Source of the DNA: the human T2T-CHM13v2.0 reference genome, Homo sapiens
Reading direction: 5' to 3' (one strand)
DNA length: 64,000 bases
Assembly: GCF_009914755.1 (NCBI RefSeq)
Contig: NC_060925.1
The notes under the pieces are model-generated. The model worked only from the letters and a program-made list of their open reading frames with translations, had not been told where the DNA came from and made no database searches. This document shows positions 47,283-62,579 of this stretch, in pieces. The position numbers and the translations under genes are program-made. Numbering within the stretch: the stretch's first letter is position 1; each line of letters begins with the position of its first letter.

Positions 47283-48799
47283 TCATCCAAGATGGAGAAC
47301 CCCTGCACTGCCTCCCTGACATAGACCCTAAGCACTTTGAGTTCAGGGAGTTTGCTTATTCATTTTCATACCCCAAGCACCTAGCAGAGTGCCTGATACA
47401 GGTAAGGCACTCAGTATACATTTGATGAATAAGTGACTGACTCACTGAATGAATGAATGAATGAATATTTCAGCCTCTCATCAATTCAAACCTGACTTAA
47501 TCAACTCTGAAGAGAAGAGATTACATGAAAACATGTAACGTCAGGCAGCAAGCCTATCGTGTCTATCACTGGGTACTGATTATTGTGTGCTAGCTGCTAG
47601 GTGCTGGCCATGGCTAGGAGTAGGTTAGGAGGTGATGCCTGTCCTCAAGGCATATTCTGTAAGGGGAGGTTAGGCCTTGTGGGGCAGGGAGTAAGCAGGC
47701 AGGGTGTGGAATCAAATGGTCTAGGTTCAAACCCCTGTTCCTGCATTTAGTAGCTGTGTGGTCCTGGGTGGTTCTCTAACCACACTGGAAACTATGGGAG
47801 ATATGAAAATAAAGCAGAAACGGACGCTGCCGTGTGAAGTAGAAACCCAAGAGAAGAAATTGGTTAAACGTGGCATATGACGAGTTTTGCTTTCATTGTT
47901 TTGCTCTCTACAAGATTTATTTCCTGTCATGAAAACTCCACCCATGCCCTAGTTGGAAATCACCAGTGAAAAGGACGGGAAACTGGGCTGTCCTGACGTG
48001 AGCAGCTGGGATCCCACTAGGTCACGAGCTTGGGAAAGGAGGAAGAAGGAGATGTTGTGTCTGGAGTCATGAGGAAGTGGGCTCCTCCTGGACCTGCTGG
48101 ATTCTGCCAGGGCCAGAGCACCTTTTGGGTGTGGGAGGTCAGCCAGATGATTGTTGCTAATGCTCACGGGCTCACAGGGGGCTGACTCGGCCCCAGCAAG
48201 TAAATCACTTTTTTAAGTGCTTTACTTGCTGCAGATCATTTAGTGTCCACAACCTCTGCATGAAGCCATCATTCTCTTTTTATGGCTCCCATTTTATTGG
48301 TGCTGACACTGAGGCCTAAAGTTAAAGAACTCATCCAAGGTCACACAGCTAGTAAGTGGCAGGACCAGGATTCAACATAGGTTGTCTGGCTCAGAGTGTG
48401 TGCACTTAAACACTACCTAACTCCCCCTTGCAAGTGGGATGCAGCCTGGTTTTGCAGGAAAAGCACCCACTTCAGAATCAGGCAGAGAGGGGGATCTGAT
48501 CTGGCCTTGCAACCCTGGATATGGCACTTAACCTTCCTGATCTGTAATGTGGAAATCATAAGAGGGCTGTTGTGAGGACTAAATGAGACAATATAGTAGC
48601 CATTTTCCTTTTCCTTCCTTCTTAGTCTTTCCTTCCTCCTTTTCCCCCATCCACCTGTTCCCCTGTTGAACTTTCATATTTCACCTTTGTTTCTCAAAGC
48701 TAGTGAAGAAAGCGAAGAGCTTCCAGGTCTTGATTTACTCCTCTAATGGTGCAAAAATAAGGGATGAAATATTTTTAATAATTACATGTATATGCATAC

Positions 48800-48802
<3 letters not shown>

Positions 48803-48864
<62 letters not shown>
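48803..48864. repeat. Compound (GT)n(GA)n microsatellite
   Basis: Direct inspection. Confidence 0.97.
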
Positions 48865-48867
<3 letters not shown>

Positions 48868-49949
48868 GGCTGAAGGAATCAGGACAGGCTGCACTGGAGG
48901 CCAGACTCTTCAGTGAGGCAGAGGGTACCAGCCAACAACATGGCAAAGACCTTATAGAAGGGAGCAGAAGGGGCATGCCAAGAAGTAGTTTGTCAAATTC
49001 CCCTGAGAGAGGGCCTGGTAAACTACCACAAGGAAATGAAATAAATGTGGACCGGACCCCCTACCCAGTGATCTCCTGTGATCATCTTGACAACTTACAT
49101 TATTATGTTCATTTCATAAGGAGGTTAAGTCACTTGCCCTAAGCCACACAGTTAGGGAATGGAGGTAACAGGATATGGCTAGTGCCACACAGTCTTCCAT
49201 CCTGAATATGTAAAGGTGGGGGGGTGGGGCATGCAATGTGGAAAGAGGGGCCAAGAAACCAGGAAGACTGAGTTTAAATGCTAAATGTCCTTCGTAGCCC
49301 ACAGTGCTGTTATGAATTTAAATTAGATAATGCATTTTTAAATGCTTTAACAGTAAAGTGCTATGCAAATGGAAGATAATATCAGAACACAGGGAGTACA
49401 GTTGTATCTACCTAAGTTTCAGAAGAGCATCTAGTGCAACAGCACAAACCATGGAGGCATACAGGCTCCTTTAAATTAGGGGGTAGTGGAAAGTCCATGA
49501 ACTTCAGCATCTGACAGGTCTGGGTTCTGGTAGTTGCTTTACTTTACCACTCTCTAAAGCAGTGTTGCCCTGAGCACATCCCTTCCCTGGACCTTAGTTC
49601 CCCTTATCCTTAAAATAGAGAAGCTGTACCCAAGGTGCTGTAGGGTCTCATCAGCCCTTACATGGTGAGAATCTGGGACAACACAGCTGGATTCAGATCC
49701 ACCTTCAAGTTGGCCTGCAGTGGCCCCAAAGATAGTCAGACAATCTCAGGAAAGAAAACATTATTTTATTGTAATTTGATTTTAAAACCTTGGTTGTTCC
49801 ATTTATTGTAAGGGTAGCATATGCAAACTTTCAGAAAACACTAGAAGAATATAATAGTCCTTAAAAAAAACCTTGAGTTTGCAGAAAAATACAAAGATGC
49901 ATATAAAGTTCATCTAGACCTAGACACTTAACTTGTTGGTGTATGTCAC

Positions 49950-50640
49950 TGTAAATTTTTGATTAGACAAAATCAATTTATAGAAGTCAATATTTAAAAT
50001 CTTGATACTTTCCTTTTGTATAATCTTCTTTCATTAGTTAAACACAAGGGATACTGTCTACATATAGAAACTGTCTTTTAAAAAATTCTGATTGGATTCA
50101 GTTAACTAATCAAAAATGTTGGAAAATTAGTTGAGCATTTTGATGTCACTATCAATTGTCTAATTGTTACTAAATCTGCCAAATAAAAGTGAAAAGCCTA
50201 TTAGATTATGTAACCAATTATTCTTAAAATTCTTTACTGCCTTTAAAAAAATCAGTCAAACACAAACCTGGTTAATTAAACTTGACTTTGCATCTTTAGC
50301 TTTAAGAGATACTGCTGCTAATCGCAACACTTATATTTTGCTTTACAAAAAGCTCACTCTCTATACAATATTCTATTTGTTAAGAAAAATTGACACAGGC
50401 AGCACTTTGGGGAGGGAGTGTCTGATGCATCAAACTAGCAGAGCCAAGCTATCATTGACGGTCTGGAGCCTTCTGTCAGGGGCTGGAATTCAACAGCTGT
50501 CTTCCCTTCATGCCATAAATGATCCAGGTCATTCAATCAGATTAATCCAGCTGGGGGAGAAGTCATTGGTGAGTAAAACACCGATGTATGTGCAGGCTTG
50601 GCTGGGGTTAAGTAATGTGACAAGAGTTTCATGAGGCATT
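49950..50640. promoter_or_regulatory. Candidate developmental enhancer / conserved non-coding element
   Basis: No repeat recognised; AT-rich and dense in homeodomain, PBX and MEIS-type motifs. Conservation not testable here. Confidence 0.4.
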
Positions 50641-50672
50641 GGATTACTCAAGCTCTCATTCTTAGCCCCACA

Positions 50673-51305
<633 letters not shown>

Positions 51306-52257
51306 CATATGATTGTCATTTTGCCACCAAACCAACTATGTGACCTTGGGCTCTGTCAGCCTCAGCTTTGATATCTATATAATAGGGGTTACCTGGCCTC
51401 TATATTCATTCATTTATCATTTATTCATTCAATCAGTGAATACGGTTTTCTGGTTAGGAGCCCAAATTCTGTAGCCAGCTTACCTGGGGTCATTCTCAGC
51501 TAAGTCACTTACTACCTGTATAACCTTAGGCAAGTTGTTCAATATCTTCTGGAGCTCAGTTTACTTATCTGTAAAATGGGGATGATAATAGTACCCATCT
51601 CATAGAGTTGTTGTGCCGGTATAATGCATATATTATATAAGATACATAGAACAGGCAAAGTTCTTAGAACAGTTCCATGTGGTAAGTGCTGTGCACATGG
51701 TAATTTTAATATTCATCAATCCATTTAGCCATTTATTTAATGAATATTTGTTGATAATCTTTCCTGGTTATCTTTGAAGGCTCTTATGAAGACTAAGGAA
51801 AAAAAAACAGATGTAAATTCCGTTTGCAAATGATAAGTTGCCCAAAGGGAGGCATAATAAGAGGCAGCATTTTTACAGGACTTGGATTTATTTTTCCTAC
51901 CATTTATTGAGCACATAGTATGTGTTAGGCTCTGTACTAAATGCTTTTATAACAACCCTGTGAGATAGTTTTATAGATGGGGAAACTGAGACATCAAGAG
52001 GTTAGGTCCCACAGATGGTGCATTGTAGGGCCTTGCAGGGTGCAGCCCCAGGATATGGTCAGCCCTGCATGAAAACCTTTGCTCTTTCCCTGGCGCGATG
52101 CTGTGGAGAACCATCTGCTCATCATTTGGCCTGTTGGTTTTTCTACTAAATTGAAGCTCCTCAAAGGCAGAAGATGTTCCCCTTAATTCTTGGTGTTATT
52201 TTGCTGCCCAGTACCACACCAGTGACACCATAAGGTGGCCATTTACAAAGAGGAGGA

Positions 52258-52553
<296 letters not shown>

Positions 52554-52651
52554 AAGGGGAGAGATTTAAGCCAAATATCAGCCTTGGGTTTAAATCTTGC
52601 CTCTCCCCCACCTGGCTGATAACTTTTGGGACGTCGTTTCTCCTCTCGAGC

Positions 52652-52948
52652 TTTTTGGTTTTTTGATTTTTTTTTTTTTGAAGAGAGTCTCGCTCTGCCA
52701 CCCAGGCTGGAGTGGATCTCAGCTCACTGCAGCCTCCATCTCCTGGGTTCAAGCAATTCTCCTGCCTTAGCCTCCCGAGTAGCTGTGATTACAGGTGCCT
52801 GCTACTCCACCCAGCTAATTTTTGTATTTTTAGTAGAGACGGGGTTTCACCATGTTGGCCAGGCTGGGCTTGAACTTCTGACCTCAAGTGATCCCCCCCT
52901 TGGCCTCCCAAAGTGCTGGGATTACAGGCGTGAGCCACTGCACTTGGC
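52652..52948 (-). mobile_element. AluS
   Basis: Full Alu; tctcctct(c/t)gag(c/g)tttt TSD. Confidence 0.94.
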
Positions 52949-54410
52949 ATCTCCTCTTGAGGTTTTAATTTCTTCAACTGTTAAATCAGTTCCACAGCCC
53001 TTTCTATCCATAAACCCTTCATGATTCCTACTCTTTGAACACTTACAGCTTAAGAGATATTTGTTGATTTGGTAAGAAAGCATGACCGCACTTAAAAGGC
53101 TACTTATTATCAATTTTAGGCCATTTAGCTTGTGTCTGACATACTTCAAAGCCAGAGAAGAAAAGATATTATCTGACAGTACACATCTTTCTTCACCTGA
53201 GCACACATTTTCCATTTTACCTCTGGCTCTGCAAAAAAAAGGAGAGGGAGTGGGGAGGGGAAGGGGAAACACAGCCAAACTATGGAGCTCATGGGCTCTG
53301 GTGCAACATGTCCTGGGGAAACTTCCCAAAACCAAGGCCCTTGTTGGGTAAGAAGGCAGACCCTGCCTGACCTCTGCAGGAAAATTCCCCTTGAGCCAAT
53401 GTTGCGGGGTCACACACTTCCAGCTTTCCAAGGCAAAACACATATGCTGCAGACACAATGGGCTTGGAGTAAACCAGTCCTTCCTGCAGATACCAGCCTG
53501 CAGAAAACACATTTTGGGAGCCTCTGGCCAGAGGAACTCAGTACATGCCACTCAGCCCGGGAGCAGTCAAAGATGCCATGGCAAGTAGACTCACTCAGCT
53601 GGGGAGCAGTGAAGATTGGCCACACTCATTGCTACCCCAGAAGCTGCAAGCTCCACTCACAGTTTTTTCCATCCCTCCCTCATATGATAATAGCTACCAC
53701 TCTCAAGCACCTAGTTGGTGTGTTGACTGTGCTCAGCATTGTGTAGACATTAATTCTTCTAATCTCATAGCTGCTTCCTGAAGTAGGTACTGTTCTCCTC
53801 CACATTCTGCAGAGAGGATCCTGGAGCCCAGGAAGGTTGCATGACTGGCTATGGTCACACTGCTAGTAAGTGCAAAGTCAGGATCCTAACCCATGACCTG
53901 TATTCCAAATCCATTTCTAAGGTTTGTAATAAATCAGAAGCTGTGGTAGAAGGAGACATTGATGCTTCCAGACCTAGCCTGTCTCTCCCCAGGGACAGTG
54001 CTCATTCTGCCTCTCCCATCCACAAGAAGGTTCTGAGGATACTGGGGCTGCCTGGGACTTCCTATCCTGGTTGGACCAAGACCTATGCAGAGCAACTTGG
54101 CTTCCGGGGAACTTCAGCAGCCCTGGTCTTCCATGGGCTGAGTCATTGTAGCTTAGCCTAACGTTCTTAGCTGGAACAGTCATAGGAAAGTGTCTGGAAA
54201 CTCCCCCATGTCTTATCGGCAAAGAATTTATTGAAGACAGTTCAGCCACATTCCTCAGCTTTCCCAAACCTCACCTTGCCCTGGGAGAATGAGAAAGGCC
54301 AGAAAGACATAAGGGCGAAAATGAGCCATGGAATTAGGAAGAGCTTTTCATGCCAGTGCAGGGAACTGGCAGCTTCTGCAAACATACCACTGACAACAGC
54401 TGGCCTGTGA

Positions 54411-54504
54411 GGGCCCAAGGACAATCACCCTGGGCCCACGGATGCCTGGGCCCCTAATAATGACCCTGGGCCCAATAACCCTGGGCCAATGACCCTGGGC
54501 CCCT
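54411..54504. repeat. Degenerate ~14-18-bp tandem repeat (aatgaccctgggccc)
   Basis: Six gggcc(c) cores with aatgaccct/aataaccct/aatcaccct spacers. Confidence 0.8.
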
Positions 54505-57500
54505 GCCGTACGCCATCCTATGCCATCCATCTACCTTGACTAGTGCCAAATGCCTAATGTGTGCAAGGAGCTGAGTTAGGCGCTGATAGAGCCCAGTGGT
54601 TGAGTTTCTTAGGCAGATCTGGACTCAAAGTTCACATCTGTGCTTATTGGCTATGTGACCTCAGACAGGTTATTTAATCTCTCTGAGTTTTATTTTCCTA
54701 TCTGTCATTTATCAAAACTTATGAGTTGTGGTGAGGATTAAATGAGAAATATATATGCTCAGCTTAGTGTGTGACATACCACAAGTTGTCAAGTCATAGA
54801 AGCTTTTATTAAGTATCAAACAATCATGTCACACCTTAATGAATTCAAACCTGGTATGGGTTAGGAACTGTGCTTGGCTCTGGAGGGAGGTGGAAAGACA
54901 GACACAATCCTTGTCTTCAAGGAGCTCACAGGACAGTGAATTAGCAAATTATTACTAGGAAGGAAATGTATCCAGAGAGATATATAAAGGGTATGAAGAG
55001 AACAGAGACTGGAGACCCATGGGAAGGGTAGGTACAATTTCCTGGAGAAGGTGATGTCTGAGCTGGTACCAAAGCAAGGTGGGAATTTGCCAGCTGAAGG
55101 AGAAGGGGCTGGGAGGTAAGGGCAGCCAGAGAGGGCAACTGGCACAAAAGCTTATGCATTACTCAATGCATGGTATGAACTAGACAGGGAATGGCTGAGG
55201 ATGAAAGGACTCCAGGCTTGATGGAGAAGAGCTGGGTTCCAAAGGGCTATCCTTCCCTTTCCAGCTGTTAACCTTTTGTGTGTCTTATTATCCCTTGGAG
55301 ACTTAATTTCCTTATCAGTAAAATAGAGCCACCACTAGCTACTTAACAGGGTGAGCTCCATTAGAAAATGCTACAGTGTTTGCACAGTGACAGGCATGTT
55401 TGTGGCTGAGTCTCTTGCACCCCAAAGCACGGTCCCTGGTGCAGCCAGTAGTTTGGGGTGCTCAAAAAGGTATCACACTAGCTTTCTTAGTGGAGTACTC
55501 ACTATGGGCCAGGCACTGTGATAAACCATATGAATCTTATCCAGTTAGATAAGCTAAGCATGATCATTACTCCTCTCTAGGCGTGTCCAGAACTGAGGGG
55601 GTTCTTAGCAATCAGAAAATTCTGGGCAGACCTGGAGGAGTTGGTCACCCAACAAATGGGCATCGGAATAGGCCCAAGGCCAGAGGCTGAGCTGGAATTT
55701 GAACCCAGTCCTGTCAGCACACAGCACCCGAGTTCTTAACCACTGCACTATTACTTAAACCCATAAATGATATTCTTTCAAAACACAGTAATTGCTAAAC
55801 CGATTCATTCCTAAACAGACCAATTAATCTTCCCTGTCTTTAAACTAATTCCCCTTCCGCACAATGGGCCCAGCATTCCGTCTTGAGCTTATGACACTCA
55901 TATTTAGAATACTTGAAATATTGTCCGGTGAACAGACTGTAAACAGGAGAGCAGAGGGAAGGAGGGGAAGGGAGGGGGGAATGGGACAAGGCTGCAGCCA
56001 CCAGCACCTGTCCTACCCGGACCACAGCCGAGCGCAGTCTCAGCCTCTCTGCCCCCATCACCCACTCCTGTCCGGAGCCGGGGGCATCACTTCCAAATAT
56101 TTGGCAGGCCCACCCGATAAGCCCCGCAGTTGAGTAGCAGCTGTGAAATGGGAGTTTGGGAGGGCCATGGAGTTGAGCAAGCAGCAGAAGGCATCAGGAC
56201 CTTTGATTTCTTTTCCAAAGCACATTTTAAATGAGTAGCATGCTGGTACAGGGCTGGCGGCCCACAGTGAGGGATGAACTGACGCCTGCTCGGCGACAGG
56301 CAGGCATATGACACAAGGGTAAAGTATTATTTACTTTCTGGGAACAGGTGCTGCCCAGGACTCCCAGTCCTCTCTTGCCTGACTTCTCCCCTATCCACCT
56401 GGCCCGGCCCTTCTCAGAGGCTGCTCCTTCCCTCACCCTGCACAGCCCCGGCCCTGGGCACTGCTTCCTTCTCAGCCCTTAGCAACATGTGGCTCACAGG
56501 CACCCAGCCCATGCCAGTGGGGGGTTGGGTCCCACCTGGGACATGTGCCTGCTGGAATCAGCTCATTTTACATAAGCTCTTGGCACAGATGCCAGGTGAT
56601 AACAACTTTTTGGCCCCAGTTAACCTGCAACCACCCTGTCTGTGCCCACACAGACACAACAGAAAGTCATGGAAGAGTGAGAAAGAAAGTTACTGCACGC
56701 AAATGTCTTTGCATACTGCCAGATTCATTCTGGAAAAATGTCCTAGATTATGATCCACTATCAGCTTTTGTATTAGAAGGGAAACAACCAACTATGCAGG
56801 CAAAATCCACCTACCACCAGCTGGTCTTTCCTCCTCTGATTATGTGTTATTTCCCTAAATCTCTGGTTGGTAAATGTGCAAGAGAAAAGGTTTGGGCTCT
56901 TCTGTTGATTCACAAAACAATACAGATGGCAGTTAAGACATTTCTTTGCATAGCTTGATTAGGGACAGACAGAGAAGGGGGAGTGAGCAAAGGGCCTGGA
57001 GGTCTTGCTTGGCTCATGAACTGATCACAGGCTGCTTTTACTCCATGCCTCTCTTTCTGAACCCCATGAAACCCCACACCCCTCCTTCTGAACCTCAGAA
57101 CACATTGGCACCAACTGTGAAGCAGCTCCTCAGCCCAGGGATGTGGAGAGGAAAAAGTGCTCTCAATCTGGCAGTGGAGGGAAAACAAATATACAATTCA
57201 TCATAGCACATGGTCCTGGGTCATAGGCCATGAGTGAAAGAAGCCACATGCTGTGGGTTTAGAAGAGGACAAGATTGCCTGTGATTGAGGAGCTCAGAAG
57301 AATGGCCCCATAGCTGCCTGGTTTAGAGCCTCACTCACTCTCCTTGACCACGGTAAACTGCATCTTCACTAGCATCTTGTTTCTGAGCTTGCCCCACTTC
57401 AATGCACCTTGAATTCTTCTGCCAGAGAGGTTTTTCTAACTTGAAGATTGGACATAGTTTCATTCATTCAAAATCTTTCACTGGTTGCCATCACTCCAGG

Positions 57501-57552
57501 ATAAAGAATGGCTCATTATCATCTAGCTCCTACCTCCCTCCCCAGCCTCGTC

Positions 57553-57847
57553 TTTTTTTTTTTTTTTGAGATGGAGTCTCGCTTTGTCACCCAGGCTGGA
57601 GTGCAGTGGCACGATCTGGGCTCACTGCAACCTCCGCCTCCTGGGTTCAAGTATTCTTCTGCCTCAGCCTCTTGAGTAGCTGAGATTACAGGCACACACC
57701 ACCATGCCTGGCTAATTTTTGTATTTTTAGTAGAGATGGGGTTTCACCATATTGGCCAAGCTGGTCTTGAACTCCTGACCTCGTGATCCCCCCACCTTGG
57801 CCTCCCGAAGTGCTGGGATTACAGGCATGAGCCACCGCGCATGGCCA
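57553..57847 (-). mobile_element. AluS inside L2
   Basis: TSD agc(c/t)tcgtct. Confidence 0.95.
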
Positions 57848-59988
57848 GCTTCGTCTCTTAAACTCATCTCTTCCCACCATTTTTACTCCAGTGGTGCTGA
57901 ACTTGACTTCATTTTCCCTTTCTTAGATTGGATTCATGATGAACTCCTATGCATCTTTCAAAACCCACCTTCCATATGATTGCCTTATAGTATTATGTTG
58001 TCTTCTGTGCTCTGTATCTTGTTCTGTTCTTGTTATAATTACTTGGATTACAGTGGTTTATTTTCCGTTTATGTCTGCCAAAAAACTGGAGCTGCCTAGT
58101 GTGAGGGTTGTACATATATCAAGGATGTATCCCTGGCACCTAGCACAGTGCCTGGCACTTCATCATGCTCAACAAATGTTGGTACCCTGTCTTTCCACCA
58201 AAGGAAATGTGACATCCTACTGGGGGCTGGACATAACTAATGTCCTCAGTGGCCACCTCTCCCATTCTAGGCCCCTCTCCTGTAGTCCTCATGCCACACA
58301 CCCCCTTACAAAGCCTGTATTTCCTCCAACCTCAACAACTCACTTCACCCTCCACCCCACCAAAAAAGGCCTGATCTCAGGGGAAGATAATTTAAGCCCT
58401 TCTAGTGATTAATTTTATCTGTGTTGTCTCCAGCTTGCAACTCACCCCTCATTATAGAAGCGTTACTAGACTTCTTCATCTGGTGGACCAGAGAAGAGGG
58501 CCAAAAAAAGAGACAGGATTTGATCATAGTTAATCTTTTTGTGTCTTTTGTTTATTTGCTCCTTTGTTCTCACAACAACTCTGCAAACAAGGTATTTTTA
58601 CCTCCATTTTACAGATTAAGACCCTGGGGCTTGGAGACAGCAAGTGACTGTCCCAAGATCACTCAGCTGATAAGTGATGGAGCCAGGATTCCAGCCTAGA
58701 CTGTCTGACTGCAAGGGGCTTGAACTTTTCACCGTAACGCGGGTGGGAGTCTGTGGAGTTGGGGGTGGGGTGATGTTTCCCAGCTACCCTCCACACAAAA
58801 AATGGAAAGTCACTGTCCTGATTATTTATCTACCCTAAATGTCCCGGGGTAAAATCCCATTTCTTCCAAGAGACCCTGCCTTGTTTATCCAGCCCAGACT
58901 GATCTTGTTTTCTGATCTCCCATTCATTTCTCAACCACATACTGACCCTCCACTCTGTACCAGTCTTAGGTACACATTGTGATGGGCCCCAGAGATACAA
59001 AATCCAGTAGGCCCTGGTCCTGCCCCCAGGTTCCTGTGGTGTACAGGGGAGAGGGAGCTGAGTGACCCGAGCAAGTTTGATGTCCTGCTGGGGGCCTGGG
59101 CCTACTCCAAAACACGCACATCTGTCATGTATGTCCCCTCTGTGGCCCTAAATTGGATTTTCAGTACTATGTTTTATTTTCTCATGGATTCCACTGCAAC
59201 TCACATTTGTTATCAGGAATAGGGATTAAGCCCTACTGGCCTATGCGTGCCTCAGTTCTGTCATCTGTGAAGTGGTATATTGGCCCCAACTGTTCAGTCC
59301 TCATTCAGGAGCCCCCACGGTGAACTCTTCCTCTAGCCTCATCACCCAGCGTCACTCTCCTCACAACTCACTCTTGCTGGGTCTGGACTGAAGACTCTGT
59401 TCCCACAAACATGTCCCTCTCTCACCCTTCTGCCCCGGGTCTCCACCCACTACGGCCCCATTCATCCTTCTTGGCTCATCAAAGAGTCCACCTCCATCAA
59501 GCCTCTCCTGATTTCCCTAACCAGATGTAATCACTGACTCTCAGCCCTTCCTTGCAGACTTCAAGTTTCCAGCAGGCAAGGGCATGTTTCATGGGCAATT
59601 TTCCAAAGCATGCAAATACAGCAATTCCTAAACTCTGAGGCATAGTAGAAAGTACAACTGAACTAGGATTGGCTCTGAAATCCTGATTTCTAGCCTCCTC
59701 TCTAGTTGATACTTGTGTAACATACAAGGGATTAAAACTTTTGTTTGTTTTCATTGATCACTAAGCAAACACAAAAAAATTAAAGAAAGTTTAAACTATC
59801 CATTTCTACCACCAAGTGATAACCACTACTGTTATTTTGGTATAGTGTCTCCTTGTCTATGCATGTAACACAGACGGAAATAAACATACTGTCAATATTG
59901 TTTTGTAAACTTTTTCACTTAATATTTAATGGACATTGTCATTGGTAAAACTTGTTTCTATAGAAGAGTTTTCTTTAAAACAATTATT

Positions 59989-60357
<369 letters not shown>

Positions 60358-61104
60358 TCAGGCAACCACCACCACAATTAAGATTTAGAACACTTCCACC
60401 ATTCCTGAAAGTTCCTGAAAAACCCTTGAAATCAATTCCTCCCTACACCTAGGCCCAGATAACCACTGATCTCCTTCTGTAGCCTGATTTTCATAACTCC
60501 ATTATATTTCATCCTATGGTACGCCCTTATTTGTTTGGCCGTTTCCCAATTGTTGGACGTAAGAGTGGTATTAATTTGTTTCCTTGTAATAAATTACAGT
60601 CCAATGAACAGTCTTTGGTCACATCTCTGACTCTTTCCTTGGGATAAATGTCCAGACCTGGAATTATTAGATTAAAGAGTAGGCATACTTTTAAGGTTGA
60701 TGATAAATATTTGTGCGAGTCATTTTTAATTCCCCTGAGTCTGTTTCCTCATTTGTAAAATAGGGATTAAAAATTCCAACCTCAAGGAATTGTGAGGATT
60801 ATATGACGTAGGATACAAGACACTTTGAATAACCAGCAAACCAATGCACAAATACCTGTGGAGCCGACTAGGAGGAAGAGCCTCTCAGGCAGATGGATAT
60901 GAGTTTAAATCCTGACTCTGCCTCTCTTCTAACAGCCGACCTTGAGTAACCTATGTAGTCTTAGCAAACCTCAATTTTCACATTGTCAAATGCGAATAAC
61001 ATGTTCCATTCTCGGAGGGTTGTTATGAAGGTAAAGTGCAATACTCCAGGTAAGGAGTTTAGAATAATTCCTAGCTTATAGCTGCTCAATAATTTGCAGT
61101 TGTT

Positions 61105-61660
61105 TGTTTCACTCAAGGTTCTTGGTTACCGATAAATAGACATTAACTCTGTTTAACTTAAGGAGAATGGGAATTTCTTAGAAGGATAACAGGTAGCTCA
61201 TGGAATCAACAGGAAGACTGGAGAACCAGGCGTGGAAAATGGGCAGGAACCAAGGTAGACTGGGCAGCTAAGACACAGCCCAGGCCTTGTCCCAGGAATT
61301 GTCTGCTTAGGGCCTGGTGCTGGCACTGCTGCCACTGAAGGCTTGCTGCTGAGGCTGCCACCAGACACTCAAGTTGTTTGGCTGGGATCATCCCAGGCCA
61401 CCCCCATGTCTTCGTATCACTTGCTCCATATTTAAAGCTCCAGATAGAGGCATCCAAATGGTTGAGTCCAGCATGGGGGCCAGGGAATGATTAAAAAGAT
61501 CATTTCCAGGGAATGGATAAAAAGATGCCTGCTTTCTTCCAACTTCTATAGAGGGAAGAGGGTCCCCGCCTCTTCCCAAAACCCACAAAATGAGAGGATT
61601 TCCTAAAATAGGAAATGGGCTCAGATACTAGGTAGCTAAAATGATGAGGGTCCACTACAT
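61105..61660 (-). mobile_element. Old MaLR LTR (MLT1L/N-like)
   Basis: ggttcttggttac...aactctgtttaacttaagg...gtagctcatggaatc...actggagaaccagg. Confidence 0.5.
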
Positions 61661-61874
61661 TATTACTTTTAATATTATGATGATTAAATAAATATTTGGT
61701 GAATTGCATTTATTCTGTAAATGTGCTAAGTGCTATAGGGTGAACATTTTAAAGAAACTTTTTGATAAATGCTTTGATAAAAGATATGGCAAGGTTGCAC
61801 ATTTGGATGGTGTCATATTGGGTTTTCTTTCTCTGAGAACAGGCAGGTCTCCACAACCTTCGAACGATTTTAAC

Positions 61875-61877
61875 GTG

Positions 61878-61912
<35 letters not shown>

Positions 61913-61914
61913 GT
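61875..61914. repeat. Interrupted (GT)n microsatellite
   Basis: Direct inspection. Confidence 0.95.
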
Positions 61915-62579
61915 TGAGGTGGGCATGAAGAGGACAGAGGGAGAAAGTGAAATCTGCGATTTACTGAAAATGTACATTCTTGATCAAACTCACAAATTCC
62001 ATTGTTTATTTCCTGTTGGTTTGGTTTAGTTTTTCACTGAAACAAGAGAAGTCTACCAAGTAAGATGAGGTAGATAGCCCTGTTGGCCACAGCTAAGGGT
62101 AACCTGAGGGCTGGTGGAGAATCAATCGAACGCAGTCAGCAGCTGATTCTTGTTATTTATCTTTCTGTTATTTATTTAAGCTATGATTTATTGAGCACTT
62201 AATGGGCATTACTTTATTTAATTCTCACAATTACACTGTGATGGGCGAACTGAAGCTCAGAGGATAAATACTTCTTTCAAGGTCACACATCTAGGGAGTT
62301 AAAAAGTTTGGGATTTGAAGCCAGGTCTGCCTGCCTTTGAATTCAGTGCATCTAGCTACAAGTGCAGCAAAGCAAATAGTATGCACATGACTAGGGTTAG
62401 CTGGGGACAGGGCCACTGTGTAAACGGACATGTTAGCCTGGTAGATGTCACACTGGGGCAAAAGGTGGGAGGTGACTTCGCTGTGAGGTGAGTTCTCCAA
62501 CAATCCTTCTGTTCAAGCATCTCAGACAGATTCCCAGCACCCCAAGCCCAAGGAGGTAGACTAGTCATTTACAGAACAG

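Noticed and set aside
50164-50634. 156-aa ORF in unique DNA
   Set aside because: Non-ATG start, no recognisable domain or splice context; better explained as AT-rich non-coding DNA.
52922-53746. Overlapping 209-aa and 154-aa ORFs on opposite strands
   Set aside because: No homology recognised; they end in Alu or other repeat-like DNA; consistent with chance.
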